From a virus (Duplodnaviria > Caudoviricetes), in the IMG/VR virus record IMGVR_UViG_3300033067_000274, positions 1 through 30,548 of that record: DNA of 30,548 nucleotides, one strand, 5' to 3'. A model generated the notes under the pieces. The model did no database searches and had not been told where the DNA came from. It worked only from the letters and a program-made list of their open reading frames with translations. Of this stretch, positions 26,216-30,548 are shown one piece after another; the first letter of the stretch is position 1, and each line of letters begins with the position of its first letter. Both the position numbers and the translations under genes were made by a program.

Positions 26216-26758
26216 TCACTTCACCGGCAGGTAGTAGCGCAGACCCACTCGCCCAACCACATCATCTTTCGTCGCGAGAGATCCGAATTTCGCAGCAGAA
26301 ACGCTGCCTTCCGTGAACAACCATAGATCGGGATTAATGATCTCGAGCTTGACCTCAGTGCCGGCGCCGAGCATGAGCTGTCCGGCCTTGTCGAGCTTGA
26401 ACTCGGGAACCTTCCACTCGGCGGTTCCATAGAGATTGACACCAGCGTTGAGCGCCATGCCGAGCTTGGCAAAGACGGATGCGGTGTTCTGCCAGTCGGC
26501 AAGATCAGCCCTCAGACCACCGCCGATGATGAGATTGTAGAGGCGCGCATCACAGCCACCACCGACACCGGCTTGGGCTTCCCTCGTGTCACGGAGGAAT
26601 GTGCCAGCAACGGATGTCTCGACGTAGCAGGTGGTGGACTGAGGCTGCGCTTTTTTGGCGAGAAGATCCTCGAAGGTGAGGTTCGGTTGGCTGAGATCGG
26701 CGGCGTGGGCCTGGCCAACGAGAGCCAGAATGGCGGCAAATACTGCTGCTTTCCGCAT
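26216..26758 (-). CDS. Outer-membrane beta-barrel protein with signal peptide
   Basis: Sec signal MRKAAVFAAILALVGQAHA-ADL as in alphaproteobacterial Omp25/RopB-type proteins; alternating amphipathic strands; C-terminal GRVGLRY beta-signal-like strand. Confidence 0.75.
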   Translation of the reverse strand: MRKAAVFAAILALVGQAHAADLSQPNLTFEDLLAKKAQPQSTTCYVETSVAGTFLRDTREAQAGVGGGCDARLYNLIIGGGLRADLADWQNTASVFAKLGMALNAGVNLYGTAEWKVPEFKLDKAGQLMLGAGTEVKLEIINPDLWLFTEGSVSAAKFGSLATKDDVVGRVGLRYYLPVK

Positions 26759-26889
26759 GTTTCTGGCCCCTTTTATCTTGGGTTCAGGGTGGAGATGTTA
26801 GGTTCCCTGCGTGTCGGCGTAGCGTTTAGGTTTTCGCGTTGGGTAGTGCCGCCGCAGGGAATGGGTAAGCGTGGTGTCTGTGAGTGGCG

Positions 26890-27147
26890 TCATGACTCGG
26901 CTTTGACGAAGTCGAGATAGAACTTGTCACCGGGCTTGAACTTGCCGTGCAACGCCGGATTGGCCACCGTCAGTTTCAGCTCGCCGGACGGAGACCAGCG
27001 CGCATAGGTGTTGTCCTCGTCGCTGCCGTCCTCGGGATACGTGCCAGACTTGGCAACAGGATAGAAGTGCAGCGTTTCGTTGCCACCCTCGTGCATCTCA
27101 ACGCGAGAGATACGCATCTTGGCGCGCATGGCGCGGTCGCTGCTCAT
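26890..27147 (-). CDS. Small phage protein (85 aa)
   Basis: RAKMR...DEDNTYARWSPSGELKLTVANPA...FKPGDKFYLDF pattern; AGGAG RBS before ATG 27147. Confidence 0.85.
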   Translation of the reverse strand: MSSDRAMRAKMRISRVEMHEGGNETLHFYPVAKSGTYPEDGSDEDNTYARWSPSGELKLTVANPALHGKFKPGDKFYLDFVKAES

Positions 27148-27317
27148 GTGATGTCTCCTGATGGCGTGAATGCAAATCGGGCGGCCCATTGCGGAGCCGC
27201 CTGGAATTGCTTCGGGCGCACGTGTTGATTTGGATGGCGTTACCGTCAATCGCGAACGGATCGCGAGAGGTGCCTGGGTTCGCGCACTGAAAACGACGCG
27301 CGAATCATCCTCGTGCG

Positions 27318-27346
27318 TATATGCCGCAATTTCGCCGCATGGTCAA
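27318..27346 (-). promoter_or_regulatory. Candidate late promoter
   Basis: TTGACC (27346-27341), 17 nt, CATATA (27323-27318); -35 overlaps the stop codon of the NusG-like gene. Confidence 0.5.
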
Positions 27347-27759
27347 CCTGGACGCAGGCGAGAGTAGTGAAGCGGGCGAAGGTGTTGCTTGCCGAGCATG
27401 GTCACGGCGACAACGCATTGAACGCCGTCCGTGCTGGCAACGACGGCTGGAACTTCTCCTATCAGCACGGCTTGTCCGATGCTGAACGGATTCACATCGC
27501 GCGGCGCCGGCTTTGGCTTTCCGATGTGCAGGTTGGCAATGTCGGACAGCTTCGCGAAGCCAAGCGGCTTGCTCCTGACGTGCTTGAGGAACGCTGCCTG
27601 GACCGCCCGATTGGCAAAGATGTAGCCCGGAGCAGTCACCTTGGCGCGATCGCCGCTCACGTCGTAGTGGGTGAAGGCGGACACGCCGTGCTGCTCGAGC
27701 TCCTGAATGCCTTTCTTCTCGTAGTTGGAGGCCGTCTTGTAGACGATGGCATGGCTCAT
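27343..27759 (-). CDS. NusG/RfaH-family transcription antiterminator (compact NGN + KOW)
   Basis: VYKTASNYEKK...LEQHG.SAF...PGYIF (NGN-like) and FSIGQAVLI...VTMLGK (KOW-like); directly upstream of the late operon. Confidence 0.75.
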   Translation of the reverse strand: MSHAIVYKTASNYEKKGIQELEQHGVSAFTHYDVSGDRAKVTAPGYIFANRAVQAAFLKHVRSKPLGFAKLSDIANLHIGKPKPAPRDVNPFSIGQAVLIGEVPAVVASTDGVQCVVAVTMLGKQHLRPLHYSRLRPG

Positions 27760-27798
27760 GGATCATCCCCTTTTCGGGTACGCGCACGGGGTAGGCTA

Positions 27799-28017
27799 TC
27801 AGTGTCTCCATCCGTCCTTGTCGAACACGACGCGATGGCTGGCTGGCCATTTCGGCGGAGTATCTGCATCGCATGGGTTACAAGTTTTGCAGGGGGCACC
27901 GGCACCGCATTCGCATCCTCCCTCGACTTTCTCATTCCATGGTCGGTCTCTATGGTTCTCGCAGACCCAAAACTCACCCTTGCAGTTCTGACATTTTTCG
28001 ACTTCGCTCATTCTCAT
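27799..28017 (-). CDS. Small Cys-rich Zn-finger protein
   Basis: CQNC...WVCENH.DRPW....CECGAGAPCKTCN. Confidence 0.8.
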   Translation of the reverse strand: MRMSEVEKCQNCKGEFWVCENHRDRPWNEKVEGGCECGAGAPCKTCNPCDADTPPKWPASHRVVFDKDGWRH

Positions 28018-28052
28018 CTCCCATTCGGGATGGACGCTTGCACGCGTAATGT

Positions 28053-28283
28053 TCAGGGATGCTCGGATCGACCCGCCGGAACAGGTTCGCGGTCGCGCGC
28101 GTAGCGGAACGCCCGATCGAGAATATCCTTGACCTCCTGACGGCGCATTTCCTTGGCTTGTTGATCATTGTCGAATTCCTCTGCGCAGCCGTCCTGCACA
28201 GCCCAGGCTCGTGCCACGTCGTTTATCGTCACGATGAGGCCGCCGACTGCGAATGCGATCTCGTTGGCGATGGCTGCCATCAT
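28053..28283 (-). CDS. Hypothetical protein (76 aa)
   Basis: AGGAGG RBS; fits the operon. Confidence 0.65.
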   Translation of the reverse strand: MMAAIANEIAFAVGGLIVTINDVARAWAVQDGCAEEFDNDQQAKEMRRQEVKDILDRAFRYARDREPVPAGRSEHP

Positions 28284-28289
28284 CCCCTC

Positions 28290-28484
28290 CTAGTGTGCGT
28301 AGGCTTCCTGTTCGATGATTTTGACGCCGTGTTTGGCGAGCGCCTTGCGAACGTCGATTTCCACAGCGATATGCCCGTCCGTAGGATGCTGGCACTCAGC
28401 GCATTCAATCAGGCCATCACGAGCGACTGTGAACGTCGTGGAACCGCACTCGCATTGGATGATGTCGGTCTCGGATTTGGTCAT
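28290..28484 (-). CDS. Small Zn-ribbon protein (64 aa)
   Basis: Start MTKSET at 28484 (ATGA coupling, AGGAG RBS); CECG...CAEC. Confidence 0.75.
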   Translation of the reverse strand: MTKSETDIIQCECGSTTFTVARDGLIECAECQHPTDGHIAVEIDVRKALAKHGVKIIEQEAYAH

Positions 28485-28666
28485 GGGGTCTTCTCCTGTT
28501 GGGGGAGGGCACGCTTCAAGAGCCTCAGTGCTACGGATATGGCGACGGCGTATGCGCAAGCCAGCACCACGAGCGGCACACTCGGCTTGATGTCCAAGAG
28601 AAACCACCCCACTGTAGCTCCAGCCCCGCCCCACACACTTGCTTCGAAGGTCTTCCACTCACGCAT
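28481..28666 (-). CDS. Small two-TM membrane protein (61 aa)
   Basis: AGGAGG RBS; hydrophobic segments; abuts the upstream stop. Confidence 0.7.
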   Translation of the reverse strand: MREWKTFEASVWGGAGATVGWFLLDIKPSVPLVVLACAYAVAISVALRLLKRALPQQEKTP

Positions 28667-28693
28667 CTACTTCCCCTCCTGTTGGGGGAGGGC
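28493..28693. repeat. 18-bp exact direct repeat CTCCTGTTGGGGGAGGGC at 28493-28510 and 28676-28693
   Basis: Both copies encode ALPQQE at the 3' end of consecutive genes and contain the next gene's RBS. Confidence 0.92.
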
Positions 28694-28861
28694 GGCAATG
28701 GCCTCGCGAATGCGGCGCTCGTGATGAATCAAGGCGCGAGCCACGCGCTCCTCCAGATGATTTCTTCCGCGCGCTATCATGCCTCTACCGTCTGTGTCGT
28801 AGATCGCTAGGCGTGCGATCTTTATTGCCTCGTCCCACGTCGTTTCGGTTTCGTCGCTCAT
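28667..28861 (-). CDS. Hypothetical protein (64 aa)
   Basis: ATGA coupling, AAGGGG RBS. Confidence 0.7.
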   Translation of the reverse strand: MSDETETTWDEAIKIARLAIYDTDGRGMIARGRNHLEERVARALIHHERRIREAIAALPQQEGK

Positions 28862-29049
28862 ATGCGCTTTCCCCTTTTGATGGTCCGCTTCTTCGCCTTG
28901 ATGGCCTTCACGTGAGGCGGGAGCTTCTTTCTGGGCGGATCGATTTCGAGCTTCCCGTCTTTCATGCGGGCGTTGGGGAGTTTGATGCGGTGGCCGGTCA
29001 TGGCGATCTTCTCCGAGATCAGGTCGAATAGAAGGAGTTCAGTGATCAC
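28858..29049 (-). CDS. Small basic hypothetical protein (63 aa)
   Basis: GTGA coupling with AGGAGG RBS; Lys/Arg-rich C-terminus. Confidence 0.65.
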   Translation of the reverse strand: MITELLLFDLISEKIAMTGHRIKLPNARMKDGKLEIDPPRKKLPPHVKAIKAKKRTIKRGKRI

Positions 29050-29654
29050 GCTGCCCTCCTGAGTGTTCTCGTGATTTCAGATCGAGCGATGGAAAGAAGA
29101 ACGTCTCGAAAAGCTGGTGGCGTGGCTTTAGCCTCTCGCTTGCTCAATTGCCGAATGCCCATAGCGGCAAGTTCGGACCGAGGACGATCGGTGCTGATCC
29201 ATGCCTCCGGCTTCTCGCCGCGTTGCCATTTCAATGTCGGCGGCTCGAGGCAAACCGCGTAGAGCCAAGTTCCTTTCGTGGCTGGGTGGCCGTAGTTGCG
29301 CTGATCGACATGGGCGACCCAGCCACCACAGAACGTGCGCTGCCAACCGCCGTAGGATGGCCTAGGAAGATCGAACGCCGGCCACGCCAAGCTGAGAGCA
29401 GGATGCTCGAGAACGCCGCCCCAAGTGCGCACAGCAGCAAGCGCCGCGGCAAAGCATCCGCCATCGTCGCCGATCTTGTGGCCGTATCGAGCTTGATTGA
29501 CCGGTGCCATCTGACACCAACGATCGCAAGGCGGGTGCGCCACGACTGGATGCGGCCCGGCATAGAGCCTTGCATCCCTTGCCTCGTCCCACGGATCGAC
29601 ATCGGGTAGGCCGAAGTAACAGCCGTTCGTTTCAACGTAGAGCGCTGCAATCAT
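29046..29654 (-). CDS. Divergent DNA cytosine methyltransferase-like phage protein
   Basis: VVAHPPC (motif IV-like), VLEHP (motif VI-like), VDQRNYGH...KGTWLY (motif VIII-like); canonical FxGxG absent. Confidence 0.6.
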   Translation of the reverse strand: MIAALYVETNGCYFGLPDVDPWDEARDARLYAGPHPVVAHPPCDRWCQMAPVNQARYGHKIGDDGGCFAAALAAVRTWGGVLEHPALSLAWPAFDLPRPSYGGWQRTFCGGWVAHVDQRNYGHPATKGTWLYAVCLEPPTLKWQRGEKPEAWISTDRPRSELAAMGIRQLSKREAKATPPAFRDVLLSIARSEITRTLRRAA

Positions 29655-29692
29655 GCCGCCCTCCTGAGCACCTGAGTGATTTCAGATCGAGC
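29046..29692. repeat. 42-bp imperfect direct repeat (33/42 identical) at 29046-29087 and 29651-29692
   Basis: Includes exact GTGATTTCAGATCGAGC (17 bp) and GCCCTCCTGAG (11 bp); both copies encode ARSEITxxLRRAA-stop. Confidence 0.92.
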
Positions 29693-29845
29693 TGCTCGTA
29701 TCTGCTGAGCAGATCGCTCATTGACTGGACGAGACATGCGCAAAGCGGTGAGGGCCTTGGACAACAGAAGGCGCATTTCCGTGGCCTGTTCGTCGCTGTC
29801 GAGGCCGAGATGGGAGTCCATGAGCTCGCGGTGGAGGTTGGTCAT
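29651..29845 (-). CDS. Hypothetical protein (64 aa)
   Basis: ATGA coupling on both sides, GAGG RBS. Confidence 0.7.
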   Translation of the reverse strand: MTNLHRELMDSHLGLDSDEQATEMRLLLSKALTALRMSRPVNERSAQQIRAARSEITQVLRRAA

Positions 29846-30471
29846 TCTGCTGCCTCGACAATCGGAACCACGTTCGATTTCTCCATGCGAATAGGCTGCA
29901 CCTTGCGCACGAAGTGCAGCACATGGCGGTCACCCTTCGCGCTATTGCAGCTCCCGCAGGATGGGACGTAATTGACGAGATGATTGGGTCCGCCCTTCGA
30001 TGAAGGGATCACGTGCTCAACGAAAAGCTTCACGCTCTGGCCTTCGACCGGAGCCTCAGACAGAGTTGCTTCACAGTAGGTACATTTCCCGCCTGTGAGC
30101 GCGAGCACTTGTTGACGAACAACTGGATCATTGATGGCGTGCTCTACCGGTCTTGCATTCGACCTTGTACTCGCTAGCAAAGCCTCCAGAGATCCACTTG
30201 CTCCGGCCAAATCTCCAATCAGATCATCGTCTAATTCGTGAGCTACGATCTCAATTTGATCGATAGATCTGACCATCAGTTGGAGGGCTCGATCCACGAT
30301 GTCATTTCGTGCCCGCAGTTCACCCGTACCGCCACGTAGAGTTTTCAACTCAACGCGGAACGTCATCAGCCACCTAGCAATTTTGAGCACATCCTGGCTG
30401 ATCCGATGCGCAGCACTGTCCACCGTGGCCTGCACTGATTCAATCGCGTCTTGTGCACCATTACTCATCAC
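29842..30471 (-). CDS. HNH endonuclease domain protein with helical N-terminus
   Basis: CTYC...VEHVIPSSKGGPNH..NYVPSCGSCNSAKG; start may be GTG 30471 or ATG 30468. Confidence 0.85.
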   Translation of the reverse strand: MMSNGAQDAIESVQATVDSAAHRISQDVLKIARWLMTFRVELKTLRGGTGELRARNDIVDRALQLMVRSIDQIEIVAHELDDDLIGDLAGASGSLEALLASTRSNARPVEHAINDPVVRQQVLALTGGKCTYCEATLSEAPVEGQSVKLFVEHVIPSSKGGPNHLVNYVPSCGSCNSAKGDRHVLHFVRKVQPIRMEKSNVVPIVEAAE

Positions 30472-30548
30472 TCGCCCTCCCCGATGGTTCGGAGAGCAAC
30501 CTTGGCGGCCTGCTCAGACTTCCAGGTCTTCCGACGCTGCTCAGCATG
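30468..30548 (-). CDS. Partial gene (3' end only)
   Basis: ...HAEQRRKTWKSEQAAKVALRTIGEGE-stop, carrying GGAGG and coupled to the HNH gene start. Confidence 0.5.
   Translation of the reverse strand, partial: HAEQRRKTWKSEQAAKVALRTIGEGE

Noticed and set aside
1-30548. CRISPR array, tRNA, rRNA, IS element, att site
   Set aside because: None recognised by eye; prophage versus free phage cannot be decided from this window.

Overview
The whole window is a tailed-phage (or prophage) segment, almost entirely on the minus strand, GC-rich and probably from an alphaproteobacterial host (inferred from the AADL-type outer-membrane protein and the NusG-type late regulator). In transcription order (right to left) it holds: a cluster of small accessory genes (HNH, Dcm-like, Zn-finger proteins); a NusG-like antiterminator and candidate late promoter; three envelope proteins including a beta-barrel; terminase small and large subunits, portal, GroES-like co-chaperonin, scaffold and major capsid; P22-like head completion and DNA-ejection proteins; tail fibre and Gly-rich adhesin; an LPD23/ART-like polyvalent protein; a GH19 endolysin and the start of a spanin-like gene. 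The architecture is podovirus-like. No integrase, tRNA, rRNA or CRISPR array was seen. The most unusual signal is the large terminase, which is split by an out-of-frame 61-nt gap with matched Gln take-off/landing codons and a hairpin (candidate translational bypass, or a split terminase with a non-canonical start). Other notable signals are a 12-aa motif shared by an ejection protein and the polyvalent effector, an effector domain bracketed by in-frame 16-bp repeats, RBS-anchored direct repeats around accessory genes, a 10-codon lysozyme relic that could relay translation to the endolysin, and an unannotated antisense membrane micro-gene at a sieA-like position. All family assignments come from motif recognition by eye, not from database searches.
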